Positions 17,483 to 26,937 of a DNA stretch of 64,000 nt are shown here, piece by piece. The notes under the pieces are model-generated. The model saw nothing but the letters and a program-made list of their open reading frames with translations. It made no database searches and was not told the origin of the DNA. A program made the translations under genes and the position numbers. The number at the start of each line of letters is the position of its first letter. The first letter of the stretch is position 1. Source of the DNA: an uncultured Acidimicrobiia bacterium (GTDB lineage: Bacteria; Acidobacteriota; Vicinamibacteria; Vicinamibacterales; SCN-69-37); contig CBINOO010000001.1 in assembly GCA_966252305.1 (NCBI GenBank), forward strand, positions 203,289-267,288, given 5' to 3'.

Positions 17483-20173
17483 TTACTGCTCCGAACGAAG
17501 AATGGACACGGGATTGACGGCCATGGCCCGGCGCGCGGGCAGCCAGGCGGCCGCCAGAGCCACGAGGCTCACGACCAGCGAAACCGCGACGACCACCACG
17601 GTGTTCGCGTCCCCAACAAGGTACAACTGATCGGCCACACGGCGAGTCGCCCACGCGGCCAACCCCACGCCAAAGACCAGGCCCGCGCCCACCAGTCGAC
17701 CGGTGTGACCCATCACGGCAAGAAAGATCTGTCGAGGCACCGCGCCCAGTGCCAGGCGGATGCCAATCGCGCGTTGCGACAGCAACACCTGATAGGCGAC
17801 GACACCGTAGGTGCCAACAACCGCGAGCAGCACGGCCACCAGCGCAAAGGCCCCAGAGAGCTGCGCGAGAAATCGCTGCGGCGCCGTGGCAAGCAGCGCG
17901 TGTTCTGCAAGGTCGTACGACCGCGTGAGAGGCACGCTCCCATCGAGGCTCGCCACCGTCTGCTGCACGGCTGCCGTGAGGGACGTCGGCTGCACACTCG
18001 TGTGCATCACCGCGGAGAAGCTGGCTACGGGCCTGATGGCAAACGGGAGGAACAGGTCGGGATCCTGAGTCGGGTTGTCCGGCAGCCCACGGAACTTCGT
18101 GTCGCCCACCACGCCCACGATCCGCATCCAGGGCGAAGGAGACTCCAGCCGGCCAAGTTTGATGCGTTGGCCCACCGCACTCCGTGAAGGCCAGAACCGC
18201 TCGGCGAGCCGCCGGCTCACGACCACGGGGACCTCGCTCGCGTCACGGCTCATGGGACGCCCGTCAAACGCCGGCAGTGTCTGCCCGTCGATCAGTGGAA
18301 TGCCGGCAGCCGCGAAGAAGTCGTCAGTCACCTGGTGCACGTACACGCGACCCTGCCGGGCGTCGTTGTCCATATGCGCAGCGTCGGCGACATAAAACGA
18401 GGCTGAGGACCCACCGCCCAGCATCGCGTCAGCACTCAACGCAGCCGCGCGCACGCCAGGCAGCGCATTCAAGCGGGCATGCAGTTCGAAGGCTGTCGAA
18501 AGACGGCGAGGCGCATCGTAACGCCCGGGCGGCAGGTCAAGCGAAGCGATGAGGGTGTCCGCCGTTCGATACCCGGGTTCGACCCTGGTCACGTTTCGGA
18601 AACTGATCCCGAGCAGGACCGCCGTGGTCAGTAACCCAACCGCACACGCCACCTGGACGGTGGTCAGTGCCTGACGCAGCCGAACCGTGCGGGCCGAGTC
18701 CGTGGCGCTCCTGACGGTCAGGTGGCCACCGGAATTGCGTCCAAGCGCAGCCAGGGATGCCACGGTCACAAAAGCCGCCGTCGTCACGGTCGCGACGATG
18801 CCCACGAGGACAACACCGAGGTCGATAGCGGGCGCGGCAAAACTCGGCAGGTTCGCAGGATTGAGTTCCGCGATCACCGCGACGACCCACCAGGCGATCG
18901 GAGCTCCGACGATGGCGCCCATCAGTGCCAACACCAGGCCGTCAGCCGCGGCCAGCGATACCAGCCGGCGGCGTGTCGCTCCCAGTGACGATCGCACGGC
19001 AAACTCGTACTGACGGGCGCTCAGGCGCGCCACGAGCAGGTTCGCCACGTTGACACATGTCATGAACAACACGACCGCCACGGCGGCCAGCAGGATCACG
19101 AGCTGGGGACGCGCGTCACCAAACAAGGCGTCGCGCAGGTCCCGGACCCTGGCGGTGTACGTCTCATTGCTCCGGGGATACGCCTGTGCCAACCGCCCCG
19201 CCGTGGCCGCCGCCGCGGCATCGGCTTGCTCGACGGAGACACCGGGCTTGAGCCGGCCGACGACAGCGTGCCAGCGATTGCCGCGATTGTTCCACAGCCC
19301 TTCTCCCACGAGCGCGGCATGCTGACCAAACGGCACCCACGCCTCCGCTGTCCCTGTCACGCCACGGAACGGGTCGGCAACGACGCCAACGATCGTGAAT
19401 GGCTGTTCATCCGCGTGCACCACCCGGCCGATGACGCCAGGGTCCCGGCTGAAGCGCGCGGTCCAGAGGTGTTCACTGATCAACATCGGCGGTACGGCCT
19501 CGACTGCGGCACGATCGGGGAACACGGATCCCGCTGTTGTGGTCGCCCCCAGCAGCTGGAAGTAGTTGCCGGTGACCAGCTCCACAGGTGTGGGCGCCCC
19601 GCGGCCCTCCACCTGCACGGTCATCGTCAGGGAGTCCCAGGCTGCGAGCGAATCAAACACGTCACTCGTCTGGCTTCGCTGGTCGAGGAAGTCCTGCACT
19701 GACCAGCCGCGCGGCTCAAGGCTCGCGCGTTGAACCATGGTCTCCACGCTGACCAGTCGCTCCGGATCGGCGAACGGCAACGGTCGCACAAGGACGGATG
19801 AAGCGACGGCATAAATCGCCAGGGCGCCTCCAAGTCCGACCGCCAGCGACAAGGTTGACGTCATCGTGACCCCGGGTTGGCGCCACAGGGAACGGAGGGC
19901 AAAACGCAGGTCAGCGAACCAGGACATAAGCCAGTGGTCTCCGGATGTGGTGGGCGGGTGGATGAGGGGGTTGATGGGCTGTTGGGCGGATGCGCTGAAC
20001 CGGCAGCGCACGATGTCAACGGACAACTCGAGAATGACCAGGCACACCGCTGTCCGGCCTCGACGTCTCGCATCATCAATGGCGAGGCGCCAGAAGTCGC
20101 GAATCTCCTGGTCCCGATGCGCAAGCGAGCGCGGGTAGAGCCGGGTCAGATACATCCAGATGTGCTTCTGCAT
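17483..20173 (-). CDS. ADOP-family MacB/FtsX-like ABC permease with N-terminal permease-prefix domain
   Basis: 896 aa. The first ~85 aa (MQKHIWMYLTRLYPRSLAHRDQEIRDFW...) precede the canonical ADOP start MSWFADLRFALRSLWRQPGVT. Paralogous to 1509..3935. Confidence 0.85.
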   Translation of the reverse strand: MQKHIWMYLTRLYPRSLAHRDQEIRDFWRLAIDDARRRGRTAVCLVILELSVDIVRCRFSASAQQPINPLIHPPTTSGDHWLMSWFADLRFALRSLWRQPGVTMTSTLSLAVGLGGALAIYAVASSVLVRPLPFADPERLVSVETMVQRASLEPRGWSVQDFLDQRSQTSDVFDSLAAWDSLTMTVQVEGRGAPTPVELVTGNYFQLLGATTTAGSVFPDRAAVEAVPPMLISEHLWTARFSRDPGVIGRVVHADEQPFTIVGVVADPFRGVTGTAEAWVPFGQHAALVGEGLWNNRGNRWHAVVGRLKPGVSVEQADAAAAATAGRLAQAYPRSNETYTARVRDLRDALFGDARPQLVILLAAVAVVLFMTCVNVANLLVARLSARQYEFAVRSSLGATRRRLVSLAAADGLVLALMGAIVGAPIAWWVVAVIAELNPANLPSFAAPAIDLGVVLVGIVATVTTAAFVTVASLAALGRNSGGHLTVRSATDSARTVRLRQALTTVQVACAVGLLTTAVLLGISFRNVTRVEPGYRTADTLIASLDLPPGRYDAPRRLSTAFELHARLNALPGVRAAALSADAMLGGGSSASFYVADAAHMDNDARQGRVYVHQVTDDFFAAAGIPLIDGQTLPAFDGRPMSRDASEVPVVVSRRLAERFWPSRSAVGQRIKLGRLESPSPWMRIVGVVGDTKFRGLPDNPTQDPDLFLPFAIRPVASFSAVMHTSVQPTSLTAAVQQTVASLDGSVPLTRSYDLAEHALLATAPQRFLAQLSGAFALVAVLLAVVGTYGVVAYQVLLSQRAIGIRLALGAVPRQIFLAVMGHTGRLVGAGLVFGVGLAAWATRRVADQLYLVGDANTVVVVAVSLVVSLVALAAAWLPARRAMAVNPVSILRSEQ

Positions 20174-20216
20174 CCGCTACAGATATATTACGCCGGGACT
20201 ATCCTGTTGGTTCACC

Positions 20217-20975
20217 ATGCTGCGCCGCCTGTTGCTCGTCGCCGTTGCCGCCGCGTCCATCGGCTGCGGGACGCGACCGGCGTCAGAACCGGTGCTGCTG
20301 TTTGCAGCAGCCTCCCTGCAGACAGCGATCGACGCCCTTGTGCCCCAAATCGAACAGCAGACGGGGCTGGTCGTGGTGACCAGCTACGCAGCCAGTTCGA
20401 CACTTGCGCGACAGATTGAGCAGGGTGCCCCGGCAGGCCTCTTCATTTCAGCTGATCAGGCCTGGATGGACCATCTGCAGGCACGGCAACTGATCAACCA
20501 GTCGTCACGAGTCACGCTGCTGACCAACGAACTCGTCGTGATCGCCGGCGATGCGAGTCGCACGGTCGACCTCAGGTCGGTTGACAGCTGGCTTGTTGCG
20601 CTGGGTGACGGCCGGCTGGCTGTGGCTGATCCGTCGGGGGTGCCGGCGGGACGTTATGCGAAGGAGGCCCTCATCTCACATGGTGTGTGGGAAGCGCTCC
20701 AGCGCCAATTGGCGCCGGGCGACAGTGTCCGCGCGGCGCTTCGCCTGGTCGCGCGCCACGAGGCGCCGCTGGGCATCGTCTACCGCACGGACGCACTCGC
20801 CGACTCTGCGGTGCACATCGTCGCGACTTTTCCAGCATCGAGCCACACACCAATCGAGTACCCGGCGGCGCTGATCGGCAGTGGCGACCAGCGCGCTGCG
20901 CGCGTGCTGGAGTTTCTGTCGAGTGAAGCGGCGCGTCGTGTGTTCGCCCAACACGGCTTTGGTGTCGGCGGCTAG
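20217..20975 (+). CDS. modA: molybdate ABC transporter substrate-binding lipoprotein
   Basis: ORF 20160..20975 trimmed to ATG 20217. Lipoprotein signal MLRRLLLVAVAAASIGCG. ModA-like FAAASLQTAID...FISAD...GVPAGRYAKEAL. Followed by modB and modC. Confidence 0.85.
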   Translation: MLRRLLLVAVAAASIGCGTRPASEPVLLFAAASLQTAIDALVPQIEQQTGLVVVTSYAASSTLARQIEQGAPAGLFISADQAWMDHLQARQLINQSSRVTLLTNELVVIAGDASRTVDLRSVDSWLVALGDGRLAVADPSGVPAGRYAKEALISHGVWEALQRQLAPGDSVRAALRLVARHEAPLGIVYRTDALADSAVHIVATFPASSHTPIEYPAALIGSGDQRAARVLEFLSSEAARRVFAQHGFGVGG

Positions 20976-21677
20976 ATGTTCGGGTTGTCTTCACAGGAAC
21001 TGCAGATCGTCGCGCTGAGCCTTCAGGTGGCCTGCGCCGCGATCGTGATCAGCGTGCCACCAGCGATGGCCGTTGCCTGGGTGCTGTCGCGCGCGACGTT
21101 TCCCGGCAAGTGGCTGCTCAACGCGTTTGTCCACCTCCCGCTTGTCCTGCCGCCGGTGGTCACCGGCTTCGCGCTGCTCCGCGTGTTCGGCCGCCAGGGC
21201 GTAGTCGGTGGGTGGCTGGCTGACGTCTTCGGCATCACGCTCGTTTTTCAGTGGACCGGCGCGGCGGTTGCGGCCGCAGTCATGGGCTTTCCCCTGATGG
21301 TGCGCGGAATGCGGCTTGCCCTGGACGCGGTCGATCCCGCTCTTGAAGACGCAGCGGCAACCCTTGGCGCCAACCCCGTTCGTACGTTCGTCACTGTCAG
21401 CCTGCCACTCGCATTGCCGGGTGTGTTCGCCGGTGTGATCCTGGGGTTTGCCAAGGCGCTCGGCGAATTCGGCGCCACCATCACGTTCGTCTCGAACATC
21501 CCGGGAGAAACACGGACGCTTGCGCTGGCCATCTTCACGCTGCTGGACACGCCGGACGGCGACGCAGCGGTGCTGCGACTGGTCTGGATCTCGATTGCCG
21601 TGTCGATGACCGCCCTGCTCGTATCCGAGTGGCTCGCGCGCAGGGCGACGCCGCATCATGCGAGGAGTCGCGGGTGA
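20976..21677 (+). CDS. modB: molybdate ABC transporter permease
   Basis: 233 aa, multi-TM, with an EAA-loop-like LEDAAATLGANPVRTFVTVSLPLALPG. Starts at the base following the modA stop. Confidence 0.85.
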   Translation: MFGLSSQELQIVALSLQVACAAIVISVPPAMAVAWVLSRATFPGKWLLNAFVHLPLVLPPVVTGFALLRVFGRQGVVGGWLADVFGITLVFQWTGAAVAAAVMGFPLMVRGMRLALDAVDPALEDAAATLGANPVRTFVTVSLPLALPGVFAGVILGFAKALGEFGATITFVSNIPGETRTLALAIFTLLDTPDGDAAVLRLVWISIAVSMTALLVSEWLARRATPHHARSRG

Positions 21678-22306
21678 GGCTCCAGGTGGAAGTCCGGCAC
21701 ACGGTTGGTCGCGTCAGGCTCGATGTGGCGTTTGCGGCACGCGATCGCTTCACGGCCATCGTTGGACCGTCCGGCGCCGGGAAGTCGTCGCTGCTCAACG
21801 TGATTGCCGGCTTGATCACGCCGGAACACGGCGTCGTCCGGCTTGACGACGAGATCCTGACCGACACGCGGCAACACATCCAGGTGCCACCGCATCGTCG
21901 CCGCATCGGCTACGTCTTCCAGGAGCCTCGCCTGTTCCCGCATCTGAACGTGCGACACAATCTCACATTCGGATCGCGGGGCGCAGATGGCGGCGTGTCG
22001 TTTGACGATGTGGTGGCGATGCTGGACCTGCAGCAGCTGCTCACTCGGCGTACGCCAACGCTCTCTGGCGGTGAACGTCAGCGCGTGGCGCTCGGTCGCG
22101 CGCTGCTGTCGCAGCCACGCCTGTTGCTGCTCGACGAACCGCTCGCGTCCGTGGACGTGGCCCGCCGGGGTGAGGTGTTGCCGTATCTCGATCGGCTGCG
22201 GGAGCAACTGGACCTGCCGACGTTGTACGTCACACACGCCACTGAAGAGATCGCCTCCCGGGCGTCGCTGGTGATTCGGCTGGATGAAGGACGCCAGGTC
22301 AGCTGA
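21674..22306 (+). CDS. modC: molybdate ABC transporter ATP-binding protein (short form, no C-terminal TOBE/Mop domain)
   Basis: GTG 21674 overlaps the modB TGA as GTGA. Walker A GPSGAGKSS, signature LSGGERQRVALGRAL, Walker B LLLLDEP. Only ~210 aa. Confidence 0.8.
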   Translation: MRLQVEVRHTVGRVRLDVAFAARDRFTAIVGPSGAGKSSLLNVIAGLITPEHGVVRLDDEILTDTRQHIQVPPHRRRIGYVFQEPRLFPHLNVRHNLTFGSRGADGGVSFDDVVAMLDLQQLLTRRTPTLSGGERQRVALGRALLSQPRLLLLDEPLASVDVARRGEVLPYLDRLREQLDLPTLYVTHATEEIASRASLVIRLDEGRQVS

Positions 22307-22312
22307 GACGCG

Positions 22313-23053
22313 TCAGCGCAGGTGCCGCCCGCCGTCGACGCGGATGGTCTCGCCCGTCAGGAAATCCGTTTCGGCCAGCGTGATGACCGCCTGAGCCACG
22401 GCATCGGCTCCACCCCATCGGCCGATCGGTGTGACGGCCTCCGCCTTTGCGCGCACATCGTCCGGCATGTCGTCGGGGGGCAACACCGGCCCTGGCGCGA
22501 TGCTGTTGACCAGAATGTCCGGCGCCAGTTCCAGCGCGAGCACTTCGGTGATCGCCTTCACGCCGGCCTTCGCGATGTAGTACGGCGCGTAGTTCTTGAA
22601 GCGGGGACGCCCCGACGCAGCTGTCCAGTCACCGAACGTGATGATGCGGCCGCCTCCAACTGCCCGCATGTGGGGCACGGCGGCCTGTGCGCAGACGAAT
22701 GTGCCTCGCATGTCGACACCGAGTGTGCGCTCGACCGCCCAGGTCGTCAGCTCCGCGTAGGGTACCGCTTCGTACCGGGACGCCATCAGCACGAGCACGT
22801 CGATGCGGCCGAGGGTGTCGACCACGTTCTGCATCACGGATTCGATGGCGGGAACGTCGGCGGTGACGTCGCATGCCACGACGTGCGCCCGCCGGCCCTC
22901 GGCGATGACACCAGAGGCTGCGCGATCGGCAGCATCGCGGGAATGGCGATAGGTGAACGCGACGTCAGCGCCGCGCGAGGCAAACGCACGTCCGACGGCG
23001 TCGCCCATCCGCGCCCCGCCAACCACCACGGCGACTTTGTTGGTCAGTGTCAT
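22313..23053 (-). CDS. SDR family oxidoreductase
   Basis: Rossmann N-terminus KVAVVVGGARMGDAVGRAF, catalytic YYIAKAG (YxxxK), 246 aa. Confidence 0.8.
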   Translation of the reverse strand: MTLTNKVAVVVGGARMGDAVGRAFASRGADVAFTYRHSRDAADRAASGVIAEGRRAHVVACDVTADVPAIESVMQNVVDTLGRIDVLVLMASRYEAVPYAELTTWAVERTLGVDMRGTFVCAQAAVPHMRAVGGGRIITFGDWTAASGRPRFKNYAPYYIAKAGVKAITEVLALELAPDILVNSIAPGPVLPPDDMPDDVRAKAEAVTPIGRWGGADAVAQAVITLAETDFLTGETIRVDGGRHLR

Positions 23054-23062
23054 TGATGTGCT

Positions 23063-23104
23063 GGCGGGCCCACAAGGCAGTCACGGCTGGCCTGAGGGCC
23101 CGCC
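23063..23104 (-). terminator. GC-rich inverted repeat (GGCGGGCCC ... GGGCCCGCC) downstream of the DoxX gene
   Basis: Perfect 9-bp arms at 23063-23071 and 23096-23104 with a 24-nt loop. No U-tract and a long loop, so this is only a weak terminator candidate. Confidence 0.3.
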
Positions 23105-23110
23105 CTACTG

Positions 23111-23596
23111 CTACACCTTTCCGCGCAGGCGCGCCTTGCCGGCGGCGCGTTCGTGGGCATATCTGGCGCGGGAGCCATCAATCGACCACTCGCCGGCGCC
23201 GGTGAAGGCCAGGCAAAGCAATCCGCCAACCAGCAGGAGGTGATACTCGATGCCCTGGCCCTGGTTCGGCGCTCCGGCCCAGTTGATGAAGAGGCCCGAC
23301 GGCCACGACATCTTCCACATCAGCACGAGGGTCAGGGCGGTCAGCACAGGTGCGGCAATGCGGGTCAGCCATCCCACAATCAGCAGGGCGGCGCCGAGGA
23401 TCTCAAGGACGCCAAACGCGATCGCCAGGGGAAAGTTGGGTTCGAGCCCGAGCGAGGCGAACAGCTGGGCCGTGGCGTCCGGACCGCCCACACCAAGGGC
23501 GGGACCTGCGAACAGGCCAAACAGCTTGTGGGTTCCGTGGGCAATGAACACCCCAGCCAGTATCAGCCGGAGGATCACCAGGCCAAATCCGCTCAC
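23111..23596 (-). CDS. DoxX family membrane protein
   Basis: 161 aa with four hydrophobic helices. LILAGVFIAHGTHKLFG is typical of the DoxX family. Confidence 0.75.
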   Translation of the reverse strand: MSGFGLVILRLILAGVFIAHGTHKLFGLFAGPALGVGGPDATAQLFASLGLEPNFPLAIAFGVLEILGAALLIVGWLTRIAAPVLTALTLVLMWKMSWPSGLFINWAGAPNQGQGIEYHLLLVGGLLCLAFTGAGEWSIDGSRARYAHERAAGKARLRGKV

Positions 23597-23688
23597 TTGG
23601 GCCCCCTTCGCCCCGACATTCTGACACCTTCCGGGCTATGATTCGCCTGATTTTTGGCCAATCCCCCTGTTTTCCTGAGGAGAATCCC

Positions 23689-24984
23689 ATGCTCAGCCGT
23701 CGGCAGTTCCTTCAGCGCACCGGTCACGCGGGCAGTCTTGCCGCGCTGGCATCGTTTAACGTCGACGGCTTGCCGCGCCTTCTCGAAGCCGCGGCGGCCC
23801 AGTCCGGCCGCCCAGCCGATGTCGTGGCGCGCGACGAGGACTTCTGGCGCGCGGTGCAGGAGGGGTTCACGCTCGACCGGACGATCATCAACCTCAACAA
23901 CGGCGGCGTCTGTCCCAGTCCGCGGGTCGTCCATGAAGCCCTGAAGCGTTACCTCGACATCTCGAACCAGTCGCCCGTGTATCACATGTGGCAGATACTC
24001 GAGCCGAACATCGAGTCGGTCCGCCGCGAACTCGCGCGCGACATCGGCGCCGATCCGTCAACGATCGCGATCACGCGCAACGCCAGTGAATCCCTGCAGA
24101 CCGCGCAGCTGGGCATCGACCTCAAACCCGGCGACGAAGTACTCACCACCAATCAGGACTACGGCCGGATGTTGCAGACCTGGGAACAGCGGGTCACGCG
24201 TAACGGGATCAAGCTGACGAAGATCTCGTTCCCGGTGCCGCCAACCCAGGCCGATCTCGTGCGACGCTTCGAGCAGGCCATCACGCCGGCCACCAAGGTC
24301 ATTCACTTCTGCCACATCACGAATCTGACCGGCCACATTTTTCCCGCGAAGGAGATCTGTGACCTGGCGCGCCGGCGGGGCATCCTGACGATTGTGGATG
24401 GTGCGCACGCCTACGCACACTTCCCCTTCAAGATCACCGACTTCGATTGTGATTACTACGGCAGCAGTCTCCACAAATGGCTGCTGGCTCCCATTGGCAC
24501 CGGCCTGCTGTACGTGCGGCCCGACCGCATTGAAAAGACGTGGGCCCTTCAGCCACCGCCGGTGGGCCTGAACTCCTCGATCAAGAAGTTCGAGGAGATC
24601 GGCACGCACCCAGCGGCCAATCACAATGCCATCGCCGAGGCGCTGGTGTTCCACCGGGGCATTGGCGCGGAGCGCAAGGCTGCCCGCCTCCGCTACCTGA
24701 AGGCGCGGTGGGCCGAGGCTCTGCGCCCGCTTCCGAAGATCCAGCTGCATACCAGCCTCGACCCCGCCTTGTCGTGTGCGATTGGCACGGTGGGGATCGA
24801 GGGCATGAAGCCGGGCGACATCGCCTCGAAGATGTGGGCGGACCACCGGATCATCGTGACGCCGATTACGGTGGGTCCGGCCGAGTCCCCGGAGTATGCC
24901 GGCGTCCGTGTCACACCCAACGTCTACACGACACTCGATGAGGTGGATACCTTCATCGCCGCGATGCAGAAGCTCGCGCGATAG
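23689..24984 (+). CDS. aminotransferase class V-fold PLP-dependent enzyme with twin-arginine signal
   Basis: ORF 23638..24984 trimmed to ATG 23689, preceded by GAGGAG. N-terminus MLSRRQFLQRTGHAGSLAALA (Tat motif SRRQFL). Class V-like core: ITRNASESL...IVDGAHAYAH...YYGSSLHKWL (PLP-Lys context). Confidence 0.75.
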   Translation: MLSRRQFLQRTGHAGSLAALASFNVDGLPRLLEAAAAQSGRPADVVARDEDFWRAVQEGFTLDRTIINLNNGGVCPSPRVVHEALKRYLDISNQSPVYHMWQILEPNIESVRRELARDIGADPSTIAITRNASESLQTAQLGIDLKPGDEVLTTNQDYGRMLQTWEQRVTRNGIKLTKISFPVPPTQADLVRRFEQAITPATKVIHFCHITNLTGHIFPAKEICDLARRRGILTIVDGAHAYAHFPFKITDFDCDYYGSSLHKWLLAPIGTGLLYVRPDRIEKTWALQPPPVGLNSSIKKFEEIGTHPAANHNAIAEALVFHRGIGAERKAARLRYLKARWAEALRPLPKIQLHTSLDPALSCAIGTVGIEGMKPGDIASKMWADHRIIVTPITVGPAESPEYAGVRVTPNVYTTLDEVDTFIAAMQKLAR

Positions 24985-25014
24985 CGCCGCCGTGGACTGC
25001 TAGAATCGATCGCC

Positions 25015-26223
25015 ATGCCGACCCAGTCACAGATCCGAGTGGCCGCCCGGGTACATGGGTTCACGTACGCCATTCGGAACGTCGTGGCCGAGGCTCGCAA
25101 GGTCGAGGCATCCGGCCGCACCGTCCGCTACCTGAACATCGGCGATCCCATCCCCTTTGGGTTTCAGCCGCCGCCACACCTGGTGGAGGCCGTCGAACGC
25201 GCGATGCGCGACGGGCACAACGGCTACACCGCGTCGGTGGGCGTCACGCCGGCACGCGAGGCCGTGGCCGCTGAATATGAGCGGCGCGGAATGCCGGTCG
25301 GTGTCGATCGCGTCATCCTGACGTCTGGCACATCGGAAGGAATCGAACTCGCGCTGGGAGCGCTGGCGGATGCTGGTGACGAGGTGCTCGTCCCGACGCC
25401 GACCTATCCGCTGTACACCGCGGTCCTGGCCAAACTCGGCGCGCGCGCGGTGTATTACCGCACCGACCCGGCCAACGGATGGCTGCCCGACCTCGATGAC
25501 ATCCGGTCAAAAGTCAGCAGCCTGACGCGGGCGCTGGTGGTCATCGATCCCAACAACCCCACCGGCGCGGTGTACCCGGAAACGACGCGACGGGCACTGA
25601 TCGAACTGGCTGAGCGCGCGGGTGTGCCAATCCTCGCAGACGAGGTCTACGGGGATCTCGGGTTCAACGGACCGTCGCCGCTCCTGGGCAGCCTCGCACC
25701 CGACGCGCCCATCCTCTCGTTCTCCTCACTGTCGAAGGCCTACGTGGCGCCGGGCTGGCGTGCGGGATGGCTGGCGGTCGGGCGTTCCGAAAAACTCAAC
25801 GACGTGCTGGCGGCGATCAAGAAGCTGGCCGATGGCAGGCTCTGCAGCACCGGACCGATGCAGTTTGCCATCGCCGCAGCGCTCAATGGCGACCGCACAC
25901 ACCAGCAGGATTTCGTCCGCGCGCTGGCAGAACGCGCGCAGATCACCGTCGATCACTTCTCGCGGATTCCGGGCATGTCGTGTGTGCCTCCACAGGCGGC
26001 GTTTTACGCGATGCCGAAGGTCGACCTGCCTGCCGGCGTCACCGATGAAGACTACGTGCTCGCGCTGTTGCGCGAGACCGGCATCCTCTGTGTGTACGGC
26101 TCCGGTTTCGGGCTGCCCGCCGACCAGGGCTACTTCCGCGTCGTCTTTCTGGCGGCCCCTGACACGCTGGCGTCCATCTATGCCGATATCGCGTCGTTCA
26201 CCCAGGCGTTCCTCAATCGATAA
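25015..26223 (+). CDS. class I/II aminotransferase (alanine/aspartate aminotransferase-like)
   Basis: VRYLNIGDP, IDPNNPTGAVY, and FSSLSKAYVAPGWRAGW (PLP-Lys context). Confidence 0.85.
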   Translation: MPTQSQIRVAARVHGFTYAIRNVVAEARKVEASGRTVRYLNIGDPIPFGFQPPPHLVEAVERAMRDGHNGYTASVGVTPAREAVAAEYERRGMPVGVDRVILTSGTSEGIELALGALADAGDEVLVPTPTYPLYTAVLAKLGARAVYYRTDPANGWLPDLDDIRSKVSSLTRALVVIDPNNPTGAVYPETTRRALIELAERAGVPILADEVYGDLGFNGPSPLLGSLAPDAPILSFSSLSKAYVAPGWRAGWLAVGRSEKLNDVLAAIKKLADGRLCSTGPMQFAIAAALNGDRTHQQDFVRALAERAQITVDHFSRIPGMSCVPPQAAFYAMPKVDLPAGVTDEDYVLALLRETGILCVYGSGFGLPADQGYFRVVFLAAPDTLASIYADIASFTQAFLNR

Positions 26224-26226
26224 GCC

Positions 26227-26937
26227 GTGAAGCTGTCGATCATCATGCCCGCCTACAACGAACGGCGGACCATTGAGACCATCGTGAGCCGGGTGCTTGC
26301 CGTCGAGTTGCCGGGACTCACGCGCGAAATCGTCATCGTGAACGACGCGTCCACTGACGGGACCGATGAAATCCTCGCCCAGATGGATGGCCGGGACGGC
26401 ATCCGCGTGTTCACGCAGAATCCCAATCAAGGCAAGGGCGCGGCGGTCGCCCGCGGCATCCGCGAAGCGACCGGCGACATCATCCTGATCCAGGACGCGG
26501 ATCTCGAATACGACCCGGCGGAATATCCGAATCTGCTTCGCCCGATTCTGCGGGGTGATGCCGATGTGGTCTACGGCTCACGTTTCCTGGGCTCTCCCCA
26601 TGGCCATCGCGTGTTGTACTTCTGGCACTCGGTCGGCAATCGCGTGCTCACACTGCTCTCCAATGCCGTCACCGACCTGAACCTGACCGACATGGAGACC
26701 TGCTACAAGGTCTTCACCAGGGATGTGGCGCGTCGACTCGACCTGCAGTCGAAGCGGTTCGGCATGGAGCCGGAAATGACCTGCAAGTTCTCCCGCATGC
26801 GCGTGCGGATCTACGAGGTGCCCATCTCGTACCACGGACGCACGTATGCCGAAGGGAAGAAGATCGGCCTGAAGGACGCCTTTGAAGCGTTCTGGACGAT
26901 TGTGCGCTACGCCCGCTGGTCACCACCCGCGCAATGA
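26227..26937 (+). CDS. glycosyltransferase family 2 (polyprenyl-phosphate glycosyltransferase-like)
   Basis: GTG start. [21 protein letters not shown] and [10 protein letters not shown] (DxD) are typical of GT2. Confidence 0.85.
   Translation: MKLSIIMPAYNERRTIETIVSRVLAVELPGLTREIVIVNDASTDGTDEILAQMDGRDGIRVFTQNPNQGKGAAVARGIREATGDIILIQDADLEYDPAEYPNLLRPILRGDADVVYGSRFLGSPHGHRVLYFWHSVGNRVLTLLSNAVTDLNLTDMETCYKVFTRDVARRLDLQSKRFGMEPEMTCKFSRMRVRIYEVPISYHGRTYAEGKKIGLKDAFEAFWTIVRYARWSPPAQ

Noticed and set aside
20174-20216. AGATATATTACG upstream of modA as a ModE operator
   Set aside because: It is only a partial half-site resemblance to the E. coli TATAT-type operator, there is no second half-site, and no modE is in the window.
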